Shown: piece by piece, positions 1 through 9,635 of the stretch
How the letters are laid out: each line of letters opens with the position of its first letter
Numbering within the stretch: the stretch's first letter is position 1
Assembly (NCBI GenBank): GCA_910584635.1
Contig: CAJUBA010000003.1
Location: 10,855 to 74,854 of the forward strand
Length of the DNA stretch: 64,000 nucleotides
Source: an uncultured Christensenella sp.
GTDB lineage: Bacteria; Bacillota; Clostridia; Christensenellales; UBA3700
Direction of reading: 5' to 3'
The notes under the pieces: generated by a model
What the model saw: only the letters and a program-made list of their open reading frames with translations
Databases searched by the model: none
What the model was told of the DNA's origin: nothing
Position numbers and translations under genes: made by a program

Positions 1-895
1 CCGTCGCGACTAAAATATTTAGTTGCCCCGATTTGAATCTTTTGATGATTTGCGTTCTTTCGCTCTGTCTTAAATCGCCGTGTATCGCTTCGGAAAGTCT
101 TCCTTTTGCAATCAAAGCGCGATTGAGTTTATCCGCTCTTATTTTAGTATTGCAAAATGCAATGACAAGAGAGTAATTGCCATCGTCTATGATTTTCAAC
201 ATCGCGCCCACACGCTGAGCGTCTTTAACAATGCTGTAATACTGTTCTATTTTGGGAATTTCTTCTCCGTCTATATCCGTCTTGACATAAGTCGGCGAAT
301 GAAAAAGGCTTTCTATAAGTTGACGGATATTTTGCGGAATCGTGGCGGAGAAACAAAGTTTTTGACATTTGCCGACGCTCGCGCCTATCTTTTCTATATC
401 GCCGCGAAATCCCATATCCAACATTTCGTCGCCTTCGTCAAGTACGAAATACCTTACGTTGGCAAGTTTAAGCGTTTTTCTCTCTATATGGTCCAACATC
501 CTTCCGGGAGTACCGACGATTATCTGAGGTTTTTTCCTCAAACAAAAAAGTTGTTTCTGTATATTCTGTCCGCCGTAAAGTCCTGCTACTCTTATCCTTT
601 CGCTATATTTTAACACCGACTGCAAAACTTCGCAAATCTGTATAACAAGTTCTCTCGTCGGACAGACGACGACCGCCTGAACGGAACTGTCGTCCCTATC
701 TATTTTGCTCAACATAGGGAGCGCAAACGCGAGAGTTTTTCCCGTACCGGTAGGCGCTTGCGCGACTATATCGCCGTTTCCCAACGCTAAAGGTATGACT
801 TTTTTTTGTATATCTGTGGGCGACGATAAATTTTGCTCGCCGAGACTTCTTATAAATTCGGGCGCAACGCCCAATTCTTCAAATGTATTATTCAT
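1..895 (-). CDS. DEAD-box ATP-dependent RNA helicase, N-terminal ~298 codons (3' end lies left of the window)
   Basis: Not in the ORF track because there is no stop in the window. My minus-strand translation from the ATG at 895 reads MNNTFEELGV..AQAPTGTGKTLAFALPML (motif I), CPTRELV (Ia), GTPGR (Ib), VLDEGDEMLDMGF (motif II, DEGD variant), FSAT (III), and HGDLRQSERTQIIKRFKSGQLNILVAT at the edge. Confidence 0.85.
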   Translation of the reverse strand, partial: MNNTFEELGVAPEFIRSLGEQNLSSPTDIQKKVIPLALGNGDIVAQAPTGTGKTLAFALPMLSKIDRDDSSVQAVVVCPTRELVIQICEVLQSVLKYSERIRVAGLYGGQNIQKQLFCLRKKPQIIVGTPGRMLDHIERKTLKLANVRYFVLDEGDEMLDMGFRGDIEKIGASVGKCQKLCFSATIPQNIRQLIESLFHSPTYVKTDIDGEEIPKIEQYYSIVKDAQRVGAMLKIIDDGNYSLVIAFCNTKIRADKLNRALIAKGRLSEAIHGDLRQSERTQIIKRFKSGQLNILVAT

Positions 896-916
896 ATTTT
901 AATTATACGACAAAAG

Positions 917-945
917 TTGATTTTTTCCAAACGATTAGATATAAT
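917..945 (+). promoter_or_regulatory. Sigma-A type promoter TTGATT-17-TATAAT, placed so the transcript would start at or next to the SDR ATG (leaderless)
   Basis: TTGATT at 917-922, 17-nt spacer, TATAAT at 940-945. The ATG is at 952, only 6 nt after the -10, with no Shine-Dalgarno between them. Confidence 0.5.
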
Positions 946-951
946 AGTTGT

Positions 952-1683
952 ATGAAAACCGCAATTATTTCAGGCGCTTCGCGCGGAATAGGCAAAGAGA
1001 TAGCGCTTTCTCTATCAAAGGAAGGTTACAGAGTAATCGTAAACTTTCTGAACTCGCAAGAGTCCGCTATATCTTTATGCGAGCAAATAAATTCCCAAGG
1101 CGGTCATGCCGTCGCTTTCAAAGCGGATATGGCGAATCCCCGTCAAATAAAAGAAATGGTGGATTTTACCGTTAAAAATTTTTCGACGGTTGACTTGCTT
1201 GTAGCAAACGCGGGAATTGGTTACTCCGCTCTTCTTACCGACCATTCTGACGAAATAATCAAAAAAATAATAGATATAAATCTTGTAGGCGTCATTACCC
1301 TTTGCAAAGAGGCGGCAAAAGTCATGCTTTCTCAAAAAAGCGGAAATATAATAACTATCTCTTCAATGTGGGGACAGGTAGGCGGAAGTTGCGAAAGCGT
1401 ATACTCTGCGGCAAAAGGCGGAGTTATCTCTTTTACTAAGGCGATAGCCAAAGAGTTTTCCCTCAGCGGAATACGCGTCAACTGCATATCTCCCGGATTT
1501 ATAGATACCGATATGAACAACAACATCTCGCTAAGCGACAAACTTTCGCTTGTAGATGAAATTCCCCTTGCAAGAGCGGGACTTGCAAGGGACGTCGCCG
1601 ACGCCGCCGTATGGCTCGCAAGCGACAAATCTTCCTACGTTACGGGTCAGATAATAGCCGTCAACGGCGGATTGATAATTTGA
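952..1683 (+). CDS. Short-chain dehydrogenase/reductase (3-oxoacyl-ACP reductase-like)
   Basis: MKTAIISGASRGIGKEIA (TGxxxGIG Rossmann motif), NAG, and S..YSAAK catalytic YxxxK. I chose the internal Met at 952 because the Rossmann motif starts there; the upstream 23 codons overlap the helicase start. Confidence 0.85.
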   Translation: MKTAIISGASRGIGKEIALSLSKEGYRVIVNFLNSQESAISLCEQINSQGGHAVAFKADMANPRQIKEMVDFTVKNFSTVDLLVANAGIGYSALLTDHSDEIIKKIIDINLVGVITLCKEAAKVMLSQKSGNIITISSMWGQVGGSCESVYSAAKGGVISFTKAIAKEFSLSGIRVNCISPGFIDTDMNNNISLSDKLSLVDEIPLARAGLARDVADAAVWLASDKSSYVTGQIIAVNGGLII

Positions 1684-1751
1684 TTCAACTTAAACTCAAC
1701 GCTATTCATATAATATATCGAAAATAAATTACATACGGAAAAACACTCAAA

Positions 1752-2984
1752 ATGAAAAGACTGAAAAGTTACAGACACACTTTCGCCTCATGTTGCGTCG
1801 CTTCGGGAATACAGGCGCTTACCGTCAATCTCGCGCCGCTTCTTTTTGTGAGTTTCCAAGAAAGTTTCGATATATCTTTAAGCAAACTTACCGCATTGAT
1901 TACCGTTACGTTTTTAGTCCAACTTTTAATGGACGCGGGCAGCGCAAAAATTATGGATAAAATAGGTTACAGAACAGCAGTTATTTTATCTCACGTTTTT
2001 GCTTCTTCGGGACTTATACTTATGGCTGCTCTGCCTTTTGCAATGTCGAATTCGTACGTAGGTCTTATGATAGGAACAATAATATGTTCCATAGGCGGAG
2101 GTATTGCCGAAGTTATAATATCGCCGGTAGTCGAAGCGATACCTGAAAAAAACGTGGGAAACATGTCGCTTCTGCACTCTTGTTATTGTTTCGGTTATTT
2201 GGCAGTCGTGCTGATAACCGTAGGCTACTTCCTTATTTTCGATAAAGACAATTGGCAATATCTCGTTTTGGCGTTTGCCGTAATACCTATAATAAACGCA
2301 ATTTACTTTTTCTTCGTTCCCTGTTCCACTCTCGACGAACAGCGAGGAGAAAGTATGCCTTTGAAAAATCTATTCAAATGCAAACGCTTTTATCTGTTTT
2401 TTATATTGATACTTTGCGCAGGCGCCTGCGAACAGGCAATGAGTCAATGGGTATCGTATTTCGCGGAAAAAGGTCTTAATCTTTCCAAAACGCTGGGAGA
2501 TCTCGTCGGTCCGTTTTCATTCGCCCTGCTCATGGGATTAGGAAGACTTTTCTATGGACTTTTCGGCAGAAAAATAAAACTGGCAAAGATACTTCCGATA
2601 CTCGGAATAGCCACTCTCGCCTGCTATATAACAGTAGCGATAAGCGAGATACCCATGCTATCTTTGATTATCTGCGCGCTGTGCGGTCTTGCGGTCAGCA
2701 TAATGTGGCCGGCGGCTTTGGATCTCGCTTCGAGAAATATTTCCAAAGGCGGAACCGCTATGTTCGCCATGCTTGCTTTGGGCGGCGATATCGGCTGCAC
2801 TTTAGGACCTAGCATTGTTGGTTACGTCTCCGACGCTTCCGAATTCGGGCTTCGAGGAGGACTAGCCGCAGCAATTGTTTTCGCAGTTATGTATATCGTC
2901 GCTTCGCTTGCGATCAGCAAACTGAAAAAAAGCGATCATTCTCAAATGCTTGAAAATAAATTGAACGGAGATATTCAACCTTAA
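1752..2984 (+). CDS. MFS family transporter
   Basis: 410 aa with about 12 hydrophobic segments of MFS-like spacing. Substrate is unknown. Confidence 0.7.
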   Translation: MKRLKSYRHTFASCCVASGIQALTVNLAPLLFVSFQESFDISLSKLTALITVTFLVQLLMDAGSAKIMDKIGYRTAVILSHVFASSGLILMAALPFAMSNSYVGLMIGTIICSIGGGIAEVIISPVVEAIPEKNVGNMSLLHSCYCFGYLAVVLITVGYFLIFDKDNWQYLVLAFAVIPIINAIYFFFVPCSTLDEQRGESMPLKNLFKCKRFYLFFILILCAGACEQAMSQWVSYFAEKGLNLSKTLGDLVGPFSFALLMGLGRLFYGLFGRKIKLAKILPILGIATLACYITVAISEIPMLSLIICALCGLAVSIMWPAALDLASRNISKGGTAMFAMLALGGDIGCTLGPSIVGYVSDASEFGLRGGLAAAIVFAVMYIVASLAISKLKKSDHSQMLENKLNGDIQP

Positions 2985-3070
2985 ATAACTCAAAAATATT
3001 GATAAAATTGTTTGATATATGATATAATTTGTTTTGAAATACAATATTATATATTATTACGGAGAATTTC

Positions 3071-3415
3071 ATGGAAAAATATACCGCAAAAAACATCGAC
3101 TGGGTAAAGACGGGAAAAAATCTCGAATATCTCAGAAGACATAATATAAATCTTATAAAAAAAGTCTGCGCTTACTGTCGAAGCAAGGAAGACAGTAAAA
3201 ATTACTGCATCGGAGGAGAAAGGTGCAAGACCTGTACTTTTGAAATGGACAATCATATTTCCAGAAACGAACTTGCAAGCGCCGTCGCGGGTTGGTCGGA
3301 CTCGCAAGTCGCCAATTGGGAAGACGCCCGTTCTATCATATCGATAGAAGACCTCTACGTCTATTGCGATTTGTGCGAATTGACTCTCGAAGACGTAATC
3401 GTCTGCGCAGATTAA
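3071..3415 (+). CDS. XRE-like HTH protein with an inserted Cys-rich (CxxC..CxxC) zinc-ribbon segment
   Basis: CAYCRSKEDSKNYCIGGERCKTC is followed by ISRNELASAVAGWSDSQVANWEDARSIISIEDL, an HTH_3-like recognition region. Confidence 0.55.
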   Translation: MEKYTAKNIDWVKTGKNLEYLRRHNINLIKKVCAYCRSKEDSKNYCIGGERCKTCTFEMDNHISRNELASAVAGWSDSQVANWEDARSIISIEDLYVYCDLCELTLEDVIVCAD

Positions 3416-3448
3416 ATTTTTATAAAAAATTCGATACAATATATCTCA

Positions 3449-3484
3449 GACCCGACGTAATACGTTCGGGTTTTGTTTTTTTAT
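3449..3484 (+). terminator. Rho-independent terminator
   Basis: Hairpin GACCCGACG..CGTTCGGG(TT) followed by TTTTGTTTTTTT. Confidence 0.6.
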
Positions 3485-3578
3485 TTGCGATATCTTCAAA
3501 CGTAAGTTATAATCTTTATTTTCCCGCTTGATATTTTACATAAATTATACTAAATTTTTCTGTATGATAAAAAAGATA

Positions 3579-3607
3579 TTGACACGGCGTTTTTTTTTAT
3601 TTATAAT
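3579..3607 (+). promoter_or_regulatory. Consensus sigma-A promoter TTGACA-17-TATAAT for the 731-aa lipoprotein gene
   Basis: TTGACA at 3579-3584, 17-nt spacer, TATAAT at 3602-3607. AGGAGG lies 8 nt before the ATG at 3651. Confidence 0.7.
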
Positions 3608-3650
3608 ATAGGTATTAAAATATATGAATAACTTAGGAGGTTATTAAATT

Positions 3651-5846
3651 ATGAAGAACAAGAAAATTGTTGTTTGTCTTTTGATAGCAATTATGGTTCT
3701 CGGCTTCACTCTTACCGCCCTCGTAGGCTGTAAGGATTGGAAGGAAGTTTCTTATGAAGAAATGGTTGACTTCCTCAACGCTGCCGTAGAAAACACCGTT
3801 GCCGACAAAAACATCAACGACTTGAAACTCGGCGCTCTTTTGACTGTCGATACGTCTTACGGCGATTCGAAAAAGAAGTATACGATTGACATTGCAGCCG
3901 ACGTCTCGCTTAAAGAAAACAGCGACAAGAACTCCGCAAGTTTGATAATCAGAGATGAAACCGCTAATAAAAACGTTATCTCTCTTTATTATGACGAAGC
4001 GACAGCAAGCGAATCTACTCCCGCTGCCGTTTACATGCAGATGGGCGACGGAGACACAGCAAAGAAATTCATTTTGAACGGCGTAAATATCAAAGACGTT
4101 TTGAGCAAGAACAATGCTTACATGTCCGATACAAATGCCGGAGAGATCGGCGATGCTGTTAGCGGAGGAATTGCTTCCCTCTTCGATACGCTTGGCGCGG
4201 CTACTGAGTTTGACATTTTCAAAACTCAGGTTTACAAAAAAGGCACCGCTTACCGTCTTGAAATAAATCTTGGCGACGTATTGCAAGGCGAAACTATTTC
4301 AAACCTTTTGAACGACCTCGGCGGCGCTGTCGACAACATAATCCAAGCGACAGGACTCGAAATCGATCTCCAGAATTTGAGCGCGATTCTTCCTAACATC
4401 GTACTTGGCATCAACGTCAACGTAAGCAGCAAAAAAGCAGAAAAAGCAACCATCACCGGTATATCCGCAGATCTTTTCTGTCCTGCGAAAGATATCGTTA
4501 TCAATAAAACTGATAAACGCGGCGCATTGCTCGATCTTAAAATCGCTAATGATTTCTCTGCGAAAGCAAGTATTGATCTTAAATTCGGCGACGATGTTAA
4601 CGTAATTAAACTTCAAAATTACGATGGATACCAAACGTTTATCGGCGCGATAAATCTCTCTGCAAAAGGTACTTTTGAACTCAAAACCGATATTAAAGAT
4701 ATCAGTCTTTTCAACTTGTTGAACATCAACATGCCTAAAGACACTTACAATCTTGAATTTGCAATTCACGCAGATCCTTCAAAACTCGTTGATTTGGACT
4801 TCACCGGCATCCACTGCTTGCCGCATGCAATCGACACCGCTATTGACGCTGTTAACGCTGCTTTGAATTACCTTAACGTAAAGATTACTACAAAGGACGG
4901 CAAAGATTTCTTGCAAATCGAACTTGAAAAGAACGCAGGCGGAACCGGAAACTTGGTAGTAGGAAATATAAATCTTTCTGCGCTCGGTATTGATCCTACT
5001 TCCGGTCTCGGCACTGCGCTACCAATGTTTAAAGGCATGGGACTTAAAGACGCTTGGAACCTTGTTGCCGGACTTAACTTGTTCCAAATTCCTTTGAACG
5101 TTGATCCCGGTTACAAACTCGTTTCTTCTACAAACGGAAAGTACGTATACGCTGTTGATACCGAACACGGTTATGTAGACGAAGATAATGACGGTAATCC
5201 CGATAAACAAGAAGACGGAAGATTTGCAACGACTGAAGAATACGACAACTGGACATGGCATCCTGTTCATAAATCAACCCTCACCGGATATGTCCAAAAA
5301 GATGGCAAGTGGGTTGTAGATACCGAACACGGTTATCAAGATAATAACGACGACGGCATGGTAGACAGAGAAGCCAACGGCGAATTTAGTTGTAACAGAA
5401 ATTACAAAAACTATAACGGCAAATTGATTACAAAGGCAGAATGGGACGCATTGTCTGAAGAAGAAAAGAATCCTCCGAAAGAAGAAGCGCCTGCTATTCC
5501 TACGGAAGTAAGAGATCTTCTTGACAATCTTGCAATCGTCGCAAAAGACGGACAATTGAAAATTTCGCTCAGCGGCATGGGATTCAAACTCGACAAGGAA
5601 CTCGAAAAGAACAACGTATTCCTTTCCGCAACTCTTACCCTTGACAAGACCGGCATCACTGTTGACGCTAATGTAAAGGGACTTGAAAACGTCAAGACAG
5701 AAGTAGAGAAACAGGTAGAAGATCCTGAAAATCCCGGACAGATGATAACTGTAAAAGAATGGGAATCCATCGGTTTGCCTGAGGATATCGGCGTTGGAAT
5801 TCAAATTAAGTTCAGCGACATCAAATACGGCAATGCCGGCAAATAA
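3651..5846 (+). CDS. Large surface lipoprotein (731 aa), smallest member of a three-gene paralogous family in this window
   Basis: Signal peptide plus lipobox LTALVGC. The N-terminal block KKYTIDIAADVSL..VISLYYDE parallels SYAIDVMGNIDL..IGLYYQD (26338-30147) and KYECSLALNLNV..ILLDVYNSD (30451-33498). Confidence 0.75.
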   Translation: MKNKKIVVCLLIAIMVLGFTLTALVGCKDWKEVSYEEMVDFLNAAVENTVADKNINDLKLGALLTVDTSYGDSKKKYTIDIAADVSLKENSDKNSASLIIRDETANKNVISLYYDEATASESTPAAVYMQMGDGDTAKKFILNGVNIKDVLSKNNAYMSDTNAGEIGDAVSGGIASLFDTLGAATEFDIFKTQVYKKGTAYRLEINLGDVLQGETISNLLNDLGGAVDNIIQATGLEIDLQNLSAILPNIVLGINVNVSSKKAEKATITGISADLFCPAKDIVINKTDKRGALLDLKIANDFSAKASIDLKFGDDVNVIKLQNYDGYQTFIGAINLSAKGTFELKTDIKDISLFNLLNINMPKDTYNLEFAIHADPSKLVDLDFTGIHCLPHAIDTAIDAVNAALNYLNVKITTKDGKDFLQIELEKNAGGTGNLVVGNINLSALGIDPTSGLGTALPMFKGMGLKDAWNLVAGLNLFQIPLNVDPGYKLVSSTNGKYVYAVDTEHGYVDEDNDGNPDKQEDGRFATTEEYDNWTWHPVHKSTLTGYVQKDGKWVVDTEHGYQDNNDDGMVDREANGEFSCNRNYKNYNGKLITKAEWDALSEEEKNPPKEEAPAIPTEVRDLLDNLAIVAKDGQLKISLSGMGFKLDKELEKNNVFLSATLTLDKTGITVDANVKGLENVKTEVEKQVEDPENPGQMITVKEWESIGLPEDIGVGIQIKFSDIKYGNAGK

Positions 5847-5877
5847 TGATTGAGTAATCACTCATTTGAGAAAAACT

Positions 5878-5908
5878 CGAGGGTACAGAAATGTACCCTC
5901 GTTTTTTT
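5878..5908 (+). terminator. Rho-independent terminator
   Basis: CGAGGGTACA-gaaa-TGTACCCTCG followed by TTTTTTT. Confidence 0.85.
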
Positions 5909-6208
5909 ATATTATTTAGAGAGCCGCTAGTTAAACGCCAGTAAAACAGTAGGATGAATATATAAAAAATAAAAGTATTTAATAGTGTTAAACTATACGA
6001 AACGTATGCCCGTTTGAAAGCAAGATTGGTAGATTGTTTATATTCCAAACGTACGCTATTTCTGTAATTAAGGGAAAAATGTTTGCCCTATATTGTGAAA
6101 TACCACCCGTTTGGCGGATGGTATTATGTTAAATATATTTTATAATCTTGTTAATGTTCCATAGAATGTCTTATTAAGATTGCAAATATCTTAAAATCAA
6201 ACTATTTA

Positions 6209-6797
6209 CTATTTCACGTTTGGCTGATAAATAATATTCTTACCGTCAATAAAAGGAACGTCGTTAAATAGTCTTATTTTATCCTTCTCATCTCGCAAAT
6301 TTACAAACTCAATACCTATATTTCCCCCCGTATAGGAACAAGTATAGACTATTTGAGAAAACTGCAACAAATCGGTATAAACGTAATCTTTGTCAGGCAT
6401 TACTCTTTTACCGTCGATATAAACTCGCATCTCATATCCGTACGGACTCGCAAATCCGTAGTTGGTTATCATAAACGAAACTTTTCCGTTCTCTATTTTC
6501 AAATTCGACGCTACCAACTGATACCCAAAATGGTATTTAAGATAATCAAACGCGCTTATTTTTCCATTCTCCAAAAGAGATGGATTATAAGGAAATCCGT
6601 TTTCTTTAAGCGTATTTTCCGTCAAATACTCGGATCGTAAAAGCAATACTCTCGTCGAGTTGATGTTCAAACTCTTTTGGAGTCGCTTTATATTCCGCAA
6701 TATTCAAACTGTTTTTACTGCACGCCGCAAAAGTAACGAATACCGTAATTGCCATTATAAGCGCGGCTACCGTAAATAAATTCCATTCTCTTTTCAT
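6209..6797 (-). pseudogene. Frameshifted, truncated lipoprotein; the C-terminal part resembles the DUF4832 end of DUF4874/DUF4832 glycoside-hydrolase-like proteins
   Basis: ORF 6606-6797 encodes only a signal peptide plus lipobox (VTFAAC) and about 40 residues. ORF 6209-6700 continues in another frame (..FDYLKYHFGYQLVASNLKIENGKVSFMITNYGF..). The two overlap by 95 nt. Confidence 0.5.
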
Positions 6798-6924
6798 AAA
6801 ATCCCTCTTAACTTAAAAACATTATATATGGCAAATCCGGCAGTGTCAACCTCGATTTTATTGCCTAATATATTCAAATCTAAATTATCCAACTGAATTT
6901 ACACTAAAATTTAATACTAAAACG

Positions 6925-6958
6925 CAAAAAATACCGAATCTCTTTTGAGATTCGGTAT
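6925..6958 (-). terminator. Terminator after the tRNA pair (hairpin usable in both directions)
   Basis: ATACCGAATCTC-tttt-GAGATTCGGTAT, flanked by an A-run and a T-run. Confidence 0.8.
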
Positions 6959-6961
6959 TTT

Positions 6962-7038
6962 TGGTACCGGTGATCGGAGTCGAACCAATGACCTGTCGGG
7001 TATGAACCGACCGCTCTAACCAACTAAGCTACACCGGC
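6962..7038 (-). tRNA. tRNA with CAU anticodon, elongator type (tRNA-Met, or tRNA-Ile2 if lysidine-modified)
   Basis: Reverse complement GCCGGTGTAGCTTAGTTGGTTAGAGCGGTCGGTTCATACCCGACAGGTCATTGGTTCGACTCCGATCACCGGTACCA folds as a cloverleaf. Anticodon loop TTCATAC, paired 1-72, encoded CCA. Confidence 0.9.
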
Positions 7039-7045
7039 GGAATAA

Positions 7046-7120
<75 letters not shown>

Positions 7121-7139
7121 ATATTCACAATGCTTTACA

Positions 7140-7168
7140 ATAATAATTGAATTTTTAACTTTTGTCAA
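7140..7168 (-). promoter_or_regulatory. Sigma-A promoter TTGACA-17-TATTAT for the tRNA pair
   Basis: On the minus strand, TTGACA (7168-7163), 17 nt, TATTAT (7145-7140). The tRNA 5' end is at 7120. Confidence 0.6.
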
Positions 7169-7334
7169 GAGTTTTTGCTCGATTTCGTCAAATTTTAATT
7201 ATTTAGCGACGATTTACCGATATTCCTTTTACAAAGCAATAATTATCTTCTTGATTTTTCACTTATAATATTTTATATATCAATACAAAATAACAAAACT
7301 ATAAATATAATATGCCCGCAAATTTATTTTATAC

Positions 7335-8204
7335 CTATTTACTTTTCTTTTTATCAAGTATATATTTCAAATATCCTTCCTGATTATCGCTTTCGCGTAC
7401 GGTTACGCTGTCTTTTCCAAGCATACGCATTAACGCCGCCAACAGCATTCCTCCGCCGACAATAACGTTTCTGCGTTTTGGTTCAAGTCCGTTGATTTTC
7501 AATCTCTCTTCCATATCAAGCGAATGAATTCTTTGCGTAATGCTCTCGACGGTCTTCAAAGTCAGCGTATAGTTGTCTACGATTTTGGAATCGTAAACTT
7601 TCAAATTCTCGTTTATAGCGACAAAAGTGGAAGCCGTTCCTCCGATAGATAATAGGTTGTCGAATTTCGGCAATTTACCGTATCCTTTAATTACTTGCGA
7701 TATATATTTATCTATCGCCTTGCAATCCTCTTTGCAATTATCGTAAATTCGTACCAAACCTATAGGCAGACTCTTTGCGTAAATCAAACCGTTTTCATCG
7801 CCTACGGCAAGTTCGCTACTTGCTCCGCCTATATCCATAACGCAACACATACCGCTTGTATACGCTCCCGAAAAGCCCAATTTCGCCTCGTCTTCGCTCG
7901 CAACGACGTCAACGCATATTTTCCTATCGGACAGCATTTTAACAAAATCTTCGCGGTTCTGCGCGCTCCTGACGGCTTCAGTGGCAAAAACATAAACCTC
8001 TTCGCAACCGACGCATCTCGCTTCATCTACAAAAACGCCGACGGCGTCCGCCGTAACAATCATATTCTCGTCGCTCAACCTGCCCGTTAACGCCAAACCG
8101 CGTCCAAGTCCCGTGGTATTTATTTTCTTATAAACTCTATCCGTACCGTCGCTTACAAGCAGTCTTACGGAATTTGAACCGATGTCTATTATACCGTATT
8201 TCAT
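7335..8204 (-). CDS. Ppx/GppA family phosphatase (N-terminal ASKHA domains only)
   Basis: MKYGIIDIGSNSVRLLV.. and ..VMDIGGASSEL.. ..SIGGTAST are actin-like ATPase motifs typical of Ppx/GppA. Start set at the Met of MKYGIIDIGSNS. Confidence 0.8.
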   Translation of the reverse strand: MKYGIIDIGSNSVRLLVSDGTDRVYKKINTTGLGRGLALTGRLSDENMIVTADAVGVFVDEARCVGCEEVYVFATEAVRSAQNREDFVKMLSDRKICVDVVASEDEAKLGFSGAYTSGMCCVMDIGGASSELAVGDENGLIYAKSLPIGLVRIYDNCKEDCKAIDKYISQVIKGYGKLPKFDNLLSIGGTASTFVAINENLKVYDSKIVDNYTLTLKTVESITQRIHSLDMEERLKINGLEPKRRNVIVGGGMLLAALMRMLGKDSVTVRESDNQEGYLKYILDKKKSK

Positions 8205-8307
8205 ACTATAAATTATATCCGAACGCCTTACAATCGGCAAGCGAATAAAATAAAATATCCTCAACAATAATATTTTAGATAAATTTTATTAAATTCGACG
8301 AATTTAG

Positions 8308-8336
8308 TTGACAACATAAAATATTTATATTATATT
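8308..8336 (+). promoter_or_regulatory. Sigma-A promoter TTGACA-17-TATATT for tRNA-Glu
   Basis: TTGACA at 8308-8313 and TATATT at 8331-8336. The tRNA starts at 8359. Confidence 0.55.
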
Positions 8337-8358
8337 TAACTAGCATTATTATCAATAA

Positions 8359-8433
8359 GGCTCCATGGTCAAGCGGTCAAGACATCGCCCTTTCACGGCG
8401 GTAACTCGGGTTCGATTCCCGATGGAGTCACCA
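8359..8433 (+). tRNA. tRNA-Glu (UUC)
   Basis: GGCTCCATGGTCAAGCGGTCAAGACATCGCCCTTTCACGGCGGTAACTCGGGTTCGATTCCCGATGGAGTCACCA. Anticodon loop CTTTCAC, encoded CCA. Confidence 0.92.
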
Positions 8434-9591
8434 GACGAGGGGTATAAGAACACCCCGAAAGAGAAGTCGATTTATCGGCTTCTTTTTCTTTTGCGCTTTG
8501 TTCGGTTTCGCTCTCGTTTTCGCCGTTGCCGTCGGGGTAGTCGGGGAAAATCAAATTCAATAACAGATCCTCTTTCTGCCCGCCTTTCAAGTGGAATAAC
8601 ACTTTCATTTTGTCGTCGTAAAGCACAACGCGATAAATAAAGATATTGATTATCTCCTTGCGGTGCTTGGTCTTGGTATAATCGAGCGTGCGGAAATGTA
8701 ACAGCCATTTGCGAATGTCCGAATATCTGTATTTCATTTGCATTGCCTTTTCCATTGCAACGGTGTCCGCAATCTCCTTGTTTTTGTTCTCTAACCGCTC
8801 CACTTGCGACAATATAATGTCCGTTGCCTTGCCGTGCATTAGGGCTTGCATTAGGTTGTCAATAGCCTTTTTGTTGTCCTCTATGATAGTTTCAAGCCGC
8901 TTTATCTCGCTGTCGTTGCGCGCCGCTTGTATGAGCGTGTAGGTTTCGGCGGCTACCATATCAATAAATTCGTCCGTTAAAACGCCGTACTTGTTCCGTT
9001 CCGTGCCGTCGCCCGTAATGGCGGTTATAATTTCGTCTTCGATAAACTGCTTGCGCACTGTCCTTTTGTCGCAAGTCCGCTTTGTAACGCCTACACACTT
9101 GTAATAGTTGTGTAGCGTTTTGTTTTTGCTCATTGCGCTCACGCCCGTCATTTTATTGCCGCATTTCCCGCATATCAATTTTTCTGATAAAATGTACTCG
9201 ACTTTTGCCTTGCCTCTTGCGGGCGCGGTGGCATATAACGCAAGTTTTTGTTGCGCTTACCCAAATAGCGGCGGTTACTCAAAATGCGCTGAAATCTGTT
9301 TTTGTTGAACTCGCCGCCTTTGGTCGTTTTAACGCCCCGCCCGTTCAGATAGCGAATTAAATCGGCATAATTGCTCCCTGCGACAAACATTTCAAAAACG
9401 GTCTTTACAATGGGCGCAATCTCCTCGTCAAGCACAAAACTTTTCTCGCCGTTTACTTTGTAGCCGAGCGGAATAACGCCGCCGAAATACTTACACTTTG
9501 CCGCCGACATAGCGATACCGCGCTCCTTTGCGCCGTCTGCTTGGTGTGCGGACGGCGGCTTAAAAATTTTGTTACGAATAGAATACTGCAA
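8393..9591 (-). pseudogene. Remnant of a large serine recombinase/integrase (catalytic domain deleted, frameshifted)
   Basis: ORF 9175-9591 holds the recombinase-domain stretch (GGVIPLGYKV..IAPIVKTVFEMF..YADLIRYLNGRGVKT). ORF 8393-9178, in another frame, holds the zinc ribbon (ICGKCGNKM..YYKC) and coiled coil. There is no YxRxS resolvase domain, and the ORF tail reads through tRNA-Glu. Confidence 0.75.
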
Positions 9592-9635
9592 ATTATATTT
9601 TTTTGTCGGAATTTAGTTTATAAACAATTTAGTAA

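Noticed and set aside
80-902. Plus-strand ORFs 80-613 and 705-902
   Set aside because: They are antisense to the DEAD-box helicase. The reverse complement of 705-902 encodes the Walker A motif AQAPTGTGKT, so the minus frame is the real one.
8365-8640. Plus-strand 91-aa ORF starting inside tRNA-Glu (and 7086-7268 overlapping tRNA-fMet)
   Set aside because: Both overlap well-folded tRNA genes and have no translation signals. They are artefacts.
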